A DNA stretch of 64,000 bases from an uncultured Gemmatimonadales bacterium. GTDB lineage: Bacteria > Gemmatimonadota > Gemmatimonadetes > Longimicrobiales > Gaopeijiaceae. Under the pieces are notes generated by a model, which was not told the DNA's origin, ran no database searches, and was given only the letters and a program-made list of their open reading frames with translations. The stretch spans positions 320,001 to 384,000 of the forward strand of contig CAWGKG010000012.1 of NCBI GenBank assembly GCA_963823035.1. Reading direction: 5' to 3'. Both the position numbers and the translations under genes were made by a program. Of the stretch, positions 1-8,439 are shown in pieces; within the stretch, counting starts at the first letter, position 1, and the number at the start of each line of letters is the position of its first letter.

Positions 1-153
1 ACGTTCATGCTGGCGCGCGACCCGCACCTGGTGCAGTTCGTCCAGAAGGTCACGGAGATCGCCCGCGGGAAGGCGTACTTCACCAGCACGCTCACGTTGG
101 GCCAGTACATCATGATGGACTTCATGAAGCGGAAGCGCCGGAGGGTTGGTTGA
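1..153 (+). CDS. 3' end of a probable VWA-domain protein (partial)
   Basis: Frame +1 reads [50 protein letters not shown]. This resembles C-termini of bacterial VWA-domain proteins. Confidence 0.6.
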   Translation, partial: TFMLARDPHLVQFVQKVTEIARGKAYFTSTLTLGQYIMMDFMKRKRRRVG

Positions 154-828
154 CCCCTGGCTCCCGCGCGGCCGTGCTGGCCGCGTTCCTGGCGGTCGGT
201 TGTACCGCGGGCGATCGGGCGCCGCCGCCCGACGACGACCCCCTCCTGCCCGGCGGCTACATCGCCGTCGGTCGACACGGAGGGCGGCGACCCCGGGCAC
301 TTCCTGCTCGAGCGGGACAAGGACCTCATCCACATCACGACGGGACCCGCCGGCATCGCGTGGCGTCCGGGCGACGTCACGCAGAGGGGCGACTTCCTCG
401 CCGAAGCCACCTTCACCGCCTACGGTGCTCCGCCCGGCTACCACGAAGCCTATGGCATCTTCGTGGGCGGCGACGACCTCGAGGGCCCCGACCGCCGCTA
501 CACCTACCTCCTGGTGCGACCCACCGGCGAGTTCCAGGTGCGTCGGCGCGCCGGCGGCGCGGTGGACACGCTGGTGGATTGGACGCAGCACTCCGCCGTG
601 CAGCGCGTGACCGAGCACGGTGACGAGCCCGTGAACATCCTCGGGATCCTCACCGTGGGCGACGAGGTGCGCTTCCTCGTGAACGGCACCGTCGTCCATC
701 GGATGCCCGTGGCCCAGGCGAACCCCTACGGCATCGCGGGGCTGCGCGTCAACCATCGGCTCGACGTGCGCGTCGCGTCCTGGTACCTGGGGGCTCCACC
801 CCTGGCGACCCCGCCCGCCGGACGCTGA
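150..828 (+). CDS. Hypothetical lipoprotein, beta-rich, possibly concanavalin/DUF1080-like (frameshift near 270)
   Basis: Lipobox-like AVGC in ORF 150-623. It continues in another frame as [11 protein letters not shown]...YGIFVGG...VRFLVNG...GIAGLRVNH into ORF 463-828. Confidence 0.6.
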
Positions 829-831
829 GCC

Positions 832-1558
832 TCAGCCGGCGTCGCCCTCCGCCGGCCACCAGGCGCGCCTTCACCTCCAGCAGCGTGCGGGCCGCCCAGG
901 CGCCGTCCGGCGTTCCGGCCATCTCCTCGGCCATGCGGGCCAGCTCCGGCGCCGCACGGCCCGGCTGGCCCATCCGGTGGACATACAGCTCGACGAGCTC
1001 CCGACGCGCCAACGCCGCGATCCCGGGCGGCGGCGCCGACTCCGCGAGCGCCCGCCGGAACCAGCGGGCCGCGTCGTCGGGGCGATCGAGGTGGTCACGG
1101 TAGACGCGGGCGATCCGGAGGTAGGGGGCCGCATCGCGGGGATCCTCGGCGACGGCGAGCTCGAACGCGGTCACCCCCGCCTCGTAGTCACCGCGCGCGA
1201 CGAGCGACTCCGCGTAGGAGTACTGCTTCTTCGGCGGGGTCGTGCGGCCCGACGGTGCATGGAGCTTCGACGCGAGCGCGCCGGCTCGTCCGGTGATGAA
1301 GAGGGTGACCAGCGGCACGGCGGCGGCGAATCCGAGCGCACACAGCACGCCCACCCACACCGGCGAGCCCTTCTGGTGGAGGAACAAGCCCAGCGCGGCG
1401 CCGATCACGAAGCCCGGCAGCGAGCCCAGGAGGGCGATGGTGAGCACGCCGTGGTTCCTCGCGTCCGCGCCGCGCAGCCCGCGCGTCGGCGGCGGCTCCG
1501 GGAACCTCCGTCGCGACAGGTCGCGGCCCGAGAGCGGGTCCCGCCCGTATTGGACCAT
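832..1558 (-). CDS. Membrane-anchored TPR protein
   Basis: Two hydrophobic segments followed by TPR-like helices (YSYAESLVARGDYEAG, AARWFRRAL). The 3' end is uncertain: the ORF runs to 749, with a probable indel near 845. Confidence 0.65.
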
Positions 1559-1583
1559 CGATCTCAGCGACGGTCCGGGACGG

Positions 1584-1829
1584 TCACGGCTCCCGCCGGT
1601 CGTCCCCCTCGTCCTCGGGTAGACCCCGCAGGGCCCGCGCGCGCCGCCGCAGCCACATCCCGAAGCCTCCGACCACGCCGAGCGGGAAGAGGCTCATGAA
1701 GGCCGTGGTGGCGAGGTACGCCGCCCGGTTCTCCTCCCGGGGATCGAAACACACCGGACAGGCGTGCGCCACCTCCGGCACCAGGACGAGGGCCAGGAGC
1801 ACGAGAACGGGGATCCAACGTCGACTCAT
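1584..1829 (-). CDS. Small membrane protein with signal peptide and CxxC, distal gene of the oxidase cluster
   Basis: MSRRWIPVLVLLALVLVPEVAHA-CPVCF followed by one TM helix; GAGGAG RBS upstream. Confidence 0.75.
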   Translation of the reverse strand: MSRRWIPVLVLLALVLVPEVAHACPVCFDPREENRAAYLATTAFMSLFPLGVVGGFGMWLRRRARALRGLPEDEGDDRREP

Positions 1830-1851
1830 CGTCCACTCCTCGCGCGAGGCA

Positions 1852-2454
1852 CTACAGGTACACCTTGAGATAGAGCACGGGCCAAACCAGCACCACGAAG
1901 TACCAGAACGCCTGCACGGTGGCGAACTCCGAAGCCGTGAGCTGCCGGCGGCGCAAGCGGAACCACGCCCACGCCAGGCAGAGGATCGCCGCGACGGCGT
2001 GCAGGGCGTGGGTGCCGACGATGAGGTAGAAGAAGCCGCCGTACGGGCTCGACTGCATCGTGAGCCCGTCCTGGAGCAACGCCACCCACTCCACGCCCTG
2101 GAAGACCACGAAGAACAGGCCGAGCAGAACGGACAGGGCGAGGGGCACCAGCGCCCGCGATGCCTTGCGCCTGTACGCGAAGTGGGCGATCAGCAGGATG
2201 AGACCGCTCGCCAGGAGCGCCGCCGTGTTCAGGGCGGTGGATTCCACCGGGAGGCGCGGCTGCCCGAAAGGCGGCCACATCTGCCCCGCCGCGCGCGACT
2301 TGACGATCGCGTGCGCCGAGATCATCCCCGCGAAGAGCATCGCCTCCGTGAAGATGAAGAGCATCATCCCCAGGACGCCGGACGACACGAGCCGCCGCGG
2401 GCGCCGCGGCTCGCGCTGGGCATCCATGGGCAGGGCCATGCTCCCGATGGACAA
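1852..2454 (-). CDS. Heme-copper oxidase subunit III (short form, copy 2)
   Basis: LGMMLFIFTEAMLF, FFYLIVGTHALH and FWYFVVLVW motifs. Confidence 0.9.
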   Translation of the reverse strand: MSIGSMALPMDAQREPRRPRRLVSSGVLGMMLFIFTEAMLFAGMISAHAIVKSRAAGQMWPPFGQPRLPVESTALNTAALLASGLILLIAHFAYRRKASRALVPLALSVLLGLFFVVFQGVEWVALLQDGLTMQSSPYGGFFYLIVGTHALHAVAAILCLAWAWFRLRRRQLTASEFATVQAFWYFVVLVWPVLYLKVYL

Positions 2455-2460
2455 CGTCGG

Positions 2461-3162
2461 CTAGCCTTTCTTCAGGGTCTTGATGTAGGCCAGCAGCTGA
2501 TCGGCCTTGTCCTGGTCGTACAGCGCACCCCAGGCCGGCATCAGCGCAGACCTGCCGACGGAGGCTCCGCCCTCGCGGATGGCCTTGATCAGCTCCTCGT
2601 CGGTCTTGCCCTGCCAGAAGGCGGGGTCGGTGAAGTTCGCGGGCTTGGGATCGAGCGCCGCCGATCCGGGCCCGTTGCCCTCGCCGGTGGTGCCGTGGCA
2701 GGTCGCGCATACGGTCTCGAACTGACCCTTGGCGTCGAAGGCCTGCTCCGTCGCGACCGCGACCGCCTCCGCAGGCTCCCCGGAGCCCCCTTCCGCCATG
2801 GCCGGCTCTGCTTCCTCTCCCTCGTCGTGGGGCAGCTCGATGCCCCGCGCCGTGGCCGCCAGTGCGGCATCGTTCACCCAGCGGTGCCCCGAATGCTCCA
2901 TCACGTCCGGCGCGACGCCGGCGAAGAAGAGGAACACCAACAGGAGCGAGGTGGTGAGCATCCACTTCATGATCCGCTTCTCCCACCGCAGATGCATGAA
3001 GTTCTGGATCACCAGATTCGCCTTGACGAGCGCGATCCCGAACGCCGTGATGAGCGTGAGCCACACGATGCCCAGGTGCGGACCGGCCACGCTGATGGCG
3101 AGGAGGATCACCAGCGTGACGTAGATCTTCTTGTAGTTCGGATGATTCGCTTGGTCTGACAT
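2461..3162 (-). CDS. Cytochrome c oxidase subunit IV (CtaF/CyoD-like) fused to a monoheme cytochrome c
   Basis: N-terminal 3-TM domain with KANLVIQNFMHLRWE. C-terminal CATCH and MPAW (Met ligand). Confidence 0.85.
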   Translation of the reverse strand: MSDQANHPNYKKIYVTLVILLAISVAGPHLGIVWLTLITAFGIALVKANLVIQNFMHLRWEKRIMKWMLTTSLLLVFLFFAGVAPDVMEHSGHRWVNDAALAATARGIELPHDEGEEAEPAMAEGGSGEPAEAVAVATEQAFDAKGQFETVCATCHGTTGEGNGPGSAALDPKPANFTDPAFWQGKTDEELIKAIREGGASVGRSALMPAWGALYDQDKADQLLAYIKTLKKG

Positions 3163-3184
3163 TTCGATGTCTACTCGGCTGGAC

Positions 3185-3757
3185 CTACTTGGCGATGTAG
3201 AGCAGGGGGAACAAGAAAATCCAGACAACGTCCACGAAGTGCCAGTAGATCCCGATCAATTCCACCCGATGGAGCTCGCGCCCTCGCGCCGCGTCCCTGG
3301 CGACGAACGCCATGATGATGGCGCCCGCGATCACGTGCAGGGCGTGCAGCCCCGCCGCCGTGTAGTAGAAGGACCAGAACCCGTTGGCTGTGATGGTGAA
3401 CCCCTCACGGATCTCGTGGGTCCACTCCAGGCTCTTCACGAGGATGAAAGTGGCCGCTCCGCCGATGGTCATCAGCAGGTAGCGGGCGGCCTGCTTCCCG
3501 TCGCCGTGCTCCGCCGCCTGGTGAGCCAGGACGGCCGTGAAGCTCGAGCTGAGCAGCACGAACGTGTTGAACGCGCCGATCCAGGTGTTCGTGCCGGCCG
3601 CGGCGTTGGCCCACTCCGGATGCCCGAGGCGGTGCATGACGTAGGAGGCCAGCAACCCCCCGAAGATCACGACCTCGGAGGCCAGGACCCACCAGATGGC
3701 CAGGCGGCCGGTGGGGATTCCGGTGGCGCTACGCGTGGTTGCGATGGGTCTCTGCAC
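3185..3757 (-). CDS. Heme-copper oxidase subunit III (short form, copy 1)
   Basis: WWVLASEVVIFGG, NTFVLLSSS, GLHALHV and YWHFVDVVWIFLF. GTG start at 3757 with AGGA upstream. Confidence 0.92.
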   Translation of the reverse strand: MQRPIATTRSATGIPTGRLAIWWVLASEVVIFGGLLASYVMHRLGHPEWANAAAGTNTWIGAFNTFVLLSSSFTAVLAHQAAEHGDGKQAARYLLMTIGGAATFILVKSLEWTHEIREGFTITANGFWSFYYTAAGLHALHVIAGAIIMAFVARDAARGRELHRVELIGIYWHFVDVVWIFLFPLLYIAK

Positions 3758-3767
3758 GGTGCCTATC

Positions 3768-5804
3768 CTAGAAGGGTGATCGGAGCGGGGGGCGGGCCGC
3801 GTTGGAAACGCCACGGCCCCGAATCCAAGGCGGAACGCCGAAGGCATAGCCGTAGCTACGTCGAGGCGTGCCAACGTAGGAGGCGGGGCCGTGCCGCCCC
3901 AACCCTCGATCACGTAAGGTCTGTCCATCACGGTGTCGGGCGCATGGCGGTTTCGCGGTTGATCGTTCGTCACTCCTCGTCGCCGTAGCGCTGCTACGCC
4001 TCCTCGTCGTTCCTTCTCTGAACACGCGAAAGCGCCATGCGCGCGGCCCACCCCCCGCTCCGATCACCTTCCACGCGGGCTGGGTCGGGGCGGGCGGCAG
4101 ATCCTGCGGCCAGTAGTCCTCCACCGCGGCGTCCGGGTGCCCGTACTCATAGGGGCCGCGATACACGTTCGGCAGCTCGTCCGGCGGCCAGTTGCCGTGC
4201 GGGGGCGGGGACTGCGTGGTCCACTCGAGCGTATTGGACCGCCAGGGGTTCTTCCCCGCCTTCGGCCCGCTGATCCAGCTCTTGATCACGTTCCAGAAGA
4301 AGAAGAGCTGGAAGAAGAGCATCACGACCAGCGCCACCGTCGCGACGATGCGCAGCGGCTGCAGGTGCTGGAGCTCGGGGAAGTTCTGGAAGTTGTAGAT
4401 GCGGCGGTGCTGGCCACCCAGCCCAAGCACGAAGAGCGGGATGAAGATGACGTTGAAGGGGATGATCGTGCCCCAGAAGTGGATCTTGCCCAGGGTGTCG
4501 TTCATCATCTTCCCGAACATCTTCGGGAACCAGTACGTGAACGCCGCGAACGTCCCGATGATCGCGATCGGGAAGAACGTGTAGTGGAAGTGCGCCAGCA
4601 CGAAGTAGGTGTCGTGCAGGTAGACGTCCGCTCCGCTCGCGCCGAGGAAGATCCCGGTCACGCCGCCGATCAGGAACTCGGCGACGAAGCTCAACGCCCA
4701 CAGCATGGGCGTGGTGAGCCGGATCGAGCCCCCGTAGAGCGTCGCGATGGTCACGAACAGCATCTCGGCGATGGGCACCGAGATCAGCAGCGTGGTGACG
4801 GTGAAGATGTTCGCCATCCGCGGGTCGATGCCCGCGATGAACTGGTGGTGGGCCCACACGAAGAAGCTCAGCACCGCCGTGGCGACCGCGGTGAAGAGGA
4901 TGATCTTGTAGCCGAACAGCTTCTTGCGGGCGAAGGTCGCGATGATGTCGATGACGATCCCCATGGCGGGGAAGAACACGACGTAGACCTCGGGGTGTCC
5001 GAAGAACCAGAAGAGGTGCTGCCAGAGGATCGGGTCGCCGCCTCGGGTCGGATCGTAGAACGCCGTTCCCAGGTTCTGGTCGAACAGCAGCATCACGGCG
5101 CCGGCGATGAGCGGGCCGACCGAGAGCATGAAGATGATGCTCGCGATGACGATCATCCACGGCGTGAGCGGGATGTCGTAGGCCTTCATCCCCGGAGCGC
5201 GTGAGTTCATCAGCGTGGTGATGAAGTTGATGCCGCCCAGGAGGAAGGCGACGAACTCCAGCGCCACCGCGGTGAGCCACATGCTCGAGCCCAGCGGGGT
5301 GAGGTTGTAGGTGGAGTTCGCCGACAGGGGCGGATACGACGTCCACGCGCCGCCGAAGCCGCCGCCCGGCACGAAGAGCGACGCGAGCACGACGATGACG
5401 CTCAGCAGGAAGATCTGGTAGGACAGCCGGTTGATGCGCGGGAACACCATGTCGTCCGCGCCGATCATGAGCGGGATGAGGAAGTTCCCGAAGGCGGCGA
5501 TCAGCACCGGCATCGCCACCCAGAAGATCATGATCGAGCCGTGGTTCGTGATCAGCGCGTTGTACTCGCCCGGCGAGACGACGCCGTACAGCGGCACCGA
5601 GGTACCGGGGAAGGCGAGCTGCATGCGGAACACGTACGCCATGAACCCGCCGACCATCGCCATGAACATCCCCGTGAAGAGATACTGCATGCCGATGACT
5701 TTGTGGTCCGTGGACCAGATGTACTTCAGGATTCCCTGCGGCCCGTGGTGCTCGTGAGCGCCGTGCTCGTGGGCGTGGGTCTCGACGGGGGCAGCCTGTG
5801 CCAT
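3768..5804 (-). CDS. ctaD: Cytochrome c oxidase subunit I, A1-type. Conserved part ends ~4074; the ORF reads through the MITE.
   Basis: HGSIMIF, FWFFGHPEVY, VWAHH, HDTYFVLAHFHY and GQHRRIY. Confidence 0.97.
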   Translation of the reverse strand: MAQAAPVETHAHEHGAHEHHGPQGILKYIWSTDHKVIGMQYLFTGMFMAMVGGFMAYVFRMQLAFPGTSVPLYGVVSPGEYNALITNHGSIMIFWVAMPVLIAAFGNFLIPLMIGADDMVFPRINRLSYQIFLLSVIVVLASLFVPGGGFGGAWTSYPPLSANSTYNLTPLGSSMWLTAVALEFVAFLLGGINFITTLMNSRAPGMKAYDIPLTPWMIVIASIIFMLSVGPLIAGAVMLLFDQNLGTAFYDPTRGGDPILWQHLFWFFGHPEVYVVFFPAMGIVIDIIATFARKKLFGYKIILFTAVATAVLSFFVWAHHQFIAGIDPRMANIFTVTTLLISVPIAEMLFVTIATLYGGSIRLTTPMLWALSFVAEFLIGGVTGIFLGASGADVYLHDTYFVLAHFHYTFFPIAIIGTFAAFTYWFPKMFGKMMNDTLGKIHFWGTIIPFNVIFIPLFVLGLGGQHRRIYNFQNFPELQHLQPLRIVATVALVVMLFFQLFFFWNVIKSWISGPKAGKNPWRSNTLEWTTQSPPPHGNWPPDELPNVYRGPYEYGHPDAAVEDYWPQDLPPAPTQPAWKVIGAGGGPRAWRFRVFREGTTRRRSSATATRSDERSTAKPPCARHRDGQTLRDRGLGRHGPASYVGTPRRSYGYAFGVPPWIRGRGVSNAARPPLRSPF
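3771..4071. mobile_element. MITE-like 301-bp element with ~30-bp terminal inverted repeats
   Basis: Left end GAAGGGTGATCGGAGCGGGGGGCGGGCCGCG; right end reverse complement GAAGGTGATCGGAGCGGGGGGTGGGCCGCG. Flanked by TA and CA, with internal hairpins and no transposase. Confidence 0.75.
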
Positions 5805-5820
5805 CGTTGCTATCCTCTCC

Positions 5821-6498
5821 CTACTGGGCGCTGGCGGGGCTGTGCTGGGCGATCCACTGCTCGTGCTCGCTCGCGGTCTGCACGTTGATGTGGCCGAGCA
5901 TCACCCCGTGTCCGATCCCGCAGATCTCGGCACACTGGATGTCGAACGTCCCGGTCTTCGTGGGACGGAACCACCCCGTGATCGTGCGGCCGGGCACCGC
6001 GTCCTGCTTCAGACGGAACACCGGAACCGAGAAGTCGTGCAGCACGTCGCGCGACTGGAGCTCGAAGTGGTACGTCCGGTCGTTCTCGACGTACAGGTTG
6101 TCCGTCGTGTAGATGTCGTCGGCCGTGTCCAGCTCACCGTCCTGGCCGGGATGCTGGAACACCCACGCCCACTGCTGACCGATCACGCGCACCGTGTAGT
6201 CCGCCTCGGGCAGGCGCTGCTTGATGTTGTACCAGACCTTCACGGCACCGACGATGATGAAGACGTCGCACACCAGCACGAGCGCGTGGGGGATGGTGAT
6301 CCACCGCTTGAGGTGCTTCTCCTTGCCGGTGATGTACTGCGTGCCCACGCCGGGCTTCTCGCGAAAACGGAAGATCAGCCAGAAGAAGACCGCTTCGGCC
6401 AGCACGAGCCAGAAGCCCACCAGGACCAGGACGAGCGCGATGAGCCCGTCGATGGAGCCGGCGAAGGTTGACGCCTCTTGGATCAGTCTCTCGACCAT
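5821..6498 (-). CDS. ctaC: Cytochrome c oxidase subunit II (CuA, no fused cytochrome c)
   Basis: Two TM helices, GQQWAW, DVLHDF and CAEICGIGHGVM. Confidence 0.95.
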   Translation of the reverse strand: MVERLIQEASTFAGSIDGLIALVLVLVGFWLVLAEAVFFWLIFRFREKPGVGTQYITGKEKHLKRWITIPHALVLVCDVFIIVGAVKVWYNIKQRLPEADYTVRVIGQQWAWVFQHPGQDGELDTADDIYTTDNLYVENDRTYHFELQSRDVLHDFSVPVFRLKQDAVPGRTITGWFRPTKTGTFDIQCAEICGIGHGVMLGHINVQTASEHEQWIAQHSPASAQ

Positions 6499-6517
6499 GG
6501 ATCAGGTTCCGACTGGG

Positions 6518-6691
6518 TCAGAGGATGAACACGAAGACGGCGCCGATGAAGAGCGCCGCTCCGATCAGTGTGATGATGAAGGCGTGCTCGGCGTCGATGA
6601 GCGCCGGGTTCAGGTCGTCCGGCGGGGGTGCGAGGGACGGATCCTCGACCGCCTTGGGCGCCTCGGGCTCGTGTGCCACGTCGTGTGCCAT
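6518..6691 (-). CDS. 57-aa single-TM protein within the oxidase operon (absent from the ORF track)
   Basis: Read directly: MAHDVAHEPEAPKAVEDPSLAPPPDDLNPALIDAEHAFIITLIGAALFIGAVFVFIL*. GGAGA RBS and GC-rich third positions. Confidence 0.75.
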   Translation of the reverse strand: MAHDVAHEPEAPKAVEDPSLAPPPDDLNPALIDAEHAFIITLIGAALFIGAVFVFIL

Positions 6692-6713
6692 GGTTCTGGG
6701 GTCTCTCCGGCGA

Positions 6714-7349
6714 CTACTTCAGGGTCTGGATGTAGGCGACCACGTTCAGCATCGCCTGGTCGTCGAGGACGAGCGTGTTCGGGCGCATGGTCTGGCCCGA
6801 GACGTCGGCCGGATCCGTTCCGCGGAGGCCGGACTTGAACTTGTGCAGCTGCGCGAGGAGGTACCAATCGGCCTGGCCGACGAGCGGCGGGGCGTTCACG
6901 GCCTGATTCCCCTGAGCCTGCGGGCCGTGGCACGCCGCGCACACCTGGTAGGTGGCCTGGCCGGCCTGCGGGTCGCCCACCTGGAGGGTGGGCTCGTAGG
7001 AGGACCGGGGCAGGCTGGCCACGTACTGCGCGACCGACTCGAGGTCGCCGGGAAGATCCAGCGTCCACGACATCGACTTCATGCGGATGCCGGTGGTGTC
7101 GAAGGGGTCGTAGCCGCGATGGGCGGTCTGGAACTTCTCCAGCTGCGCCTGGACGTACCACAGCGGCAGCCCGGCGATGTTCGGGGCGGCGAGCTGCGTC
7201 GTGCCATGGCCCTGGGGGCCGTGACACGGCGCGCAGTTGTCGAAGAGCGCCTCACCCCGGGCCAGGCCCGGCGTAGGAGCCTGATTGCAGGCCGCCGCAG
7301 CGACCAGCATCACCCCCACGGACCATCGCCTGCTGAAAAGTCGCGCCAT
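6714..7349 (-). CDS. Diheme cytochrome c4-like lipoprotein
   Basis: CAPCH and CAACH, APNIAG...YVQAQL repeats, lipobox-like AAAC. Confidence 0.9.
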   Translation of the reverse strand: MARLFSRRWSVGVMLVAAAACNQAPTPGLARGEALFDNCAPCHGPQGHGTTQLAAPNIAGLPLWYVQAQLEKFQTAHRGYDPFDTTGIRMKSMSWTLDLPGDLESVAQYVASLPRSSYEPTLQVGDPQAGQATYQVCAACHGPQAQGNQAVNAPPLVGQADWYLLAQLHKFKSGLRGTDPADVSGQTMRPNTLVLDDQAMLNVVAYIQTLK

Positions 7350-7489
7350 GTGCCTCACCTGGTAGCTCGTTCGCCGTGGCGAGGGGCGCCCCTTGCCACG
7401 AACGAGACTCATTCGTCTGAGCGGACCGGCACCCCGCACCCGCGAAGGTGTTCCGCTCGCTCTCTTTCTACTGTCGTGGATTCCTGCGA

Positions 7490-7750
7490 CTACGCGGTGG
7501 ATCCCTCCAGCGGGATCGCCTCGTCGATGAGCATGATCGGGATATCGTCCCTCACGGGATACAGGAAGAGCCCGTCCTCCCGAACCAGTCCCTCACGGAC
7601 CGCCTCGGTGACGAGCTCCCCACCCCGGTTCCTGACGTCGCCGGCCTCGATCGCCGCGTTCAGGCGAGCCAGCAGGTCCGCGTCCGCCAGACGGACGGGC
7701 TGCTTGGTCTCTGGACACACGAGAATGTCCAGCAACGCCTGTTCGACCAC
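7490..7750 (-). CDS. Trm112-like protein
   Basis: LLDILVCPETK...YPVRDDIPIMLIDEA; GAGGAGG RBS before the GTG. Confidence 0.85.
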   Translation of the reverse strand: MVEQALLDILVCPETKQPVRLADADLLARLNAAIEAGDVRNRGGELVTEAVREGLVREDGLFLYPVRDDIPIMLIDEAIPLEGSTA

Positions 7751-7930
7751 TCGATGCCTCCTCGACGCCCCCTTTGCGCCGCTCCATGTACGCGGCTCCG
7801 CCCGATCCCGCAACTCCCCGGACGCCGAGGCGCCCTCTGGGATCTTTCGCGGAGCCGGAGTAAGTTATCAGGGTCGGCGGATGATCGGGAGACCGGGCCC
7901 GAAATGCAACCCGGAGGAACGGAGGCGGGC

Positions 7931-8439
7931 TTGAGCGCGCTACGAAAGACCTGGGCGGCCGGAGTGGTCGCGCTCTCGATGGTGGGTGCGTGCAGCCCCG
8001 CCGCGGGCGGCGACACGGCACCCACCACAGGATCGTCGGAGCGGACTGCGGTCGACACGACCCCGCGTCCCGCCCCGGGACACGCGTGGGTGATCTTCGG
8101 AGCGGACACCGTGGTGGCCGAGGTCGCCCGCACGAACGAGGAGCGTGAGCAGGGGCTCATGTATCGCCAGGAGCTGGCGGACGGCACGGGGATGATCTTC
8201 GTGTTCGACGACGCCGCCGTGCGCTCCTTCTGGATGCAGAACACCTACGTGGCGCTGGACATCGCCTACCTGGACGTATCGCTGCGCGTGGTCGACATCC
8301 AGCAGATGGAGCCGCAGACCACCGATCCGCACGAGAGCGCCGGCCCCGGCGATGTTCGCGCTCGAGGTGCCCGAAGGGGTGGTTCGCCGCGCACGGCGTG
8401 AAGGTGGGGGACCAGGCGCAGGTGGAGTTCGGGCGCTAG
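7931..8439 (+). CDS. DUF192-domain lipoprotein (frameshifts near 8345-8380)
   Basis: AEVART..EREQGLMYR..GMIFVF..SFWMQNTYVALDIAY..ALEVP..GVKVGD. Confidence 0.85.

Noticed and set aside
1696..3159. Long antisense or alternative-frame ORFs in the track (e.g. 1696-3159, 21258-22490, 23969-26557, 52824-54560)
   Set aside because: These are Arg/Pro/Gly-rich shadow ORFs expected at very high GC, and they overlap well-supported genes.
3771..4071. tRNA or riboswitch interpretation of the structured insert
   Set aside because: No cloverleaf or recognisable aptamer motif. Terminal inverted repeats and the restorable empty site fit a MITE better.
4074..5804. Assignment as a nitric oxide reductase or cbb3/ba3 oxidase
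   Set aside because: GHPEVY with Tyr, the D-channel Asp/Asn, a CuA subunit II and subunit III all indicate the A family.
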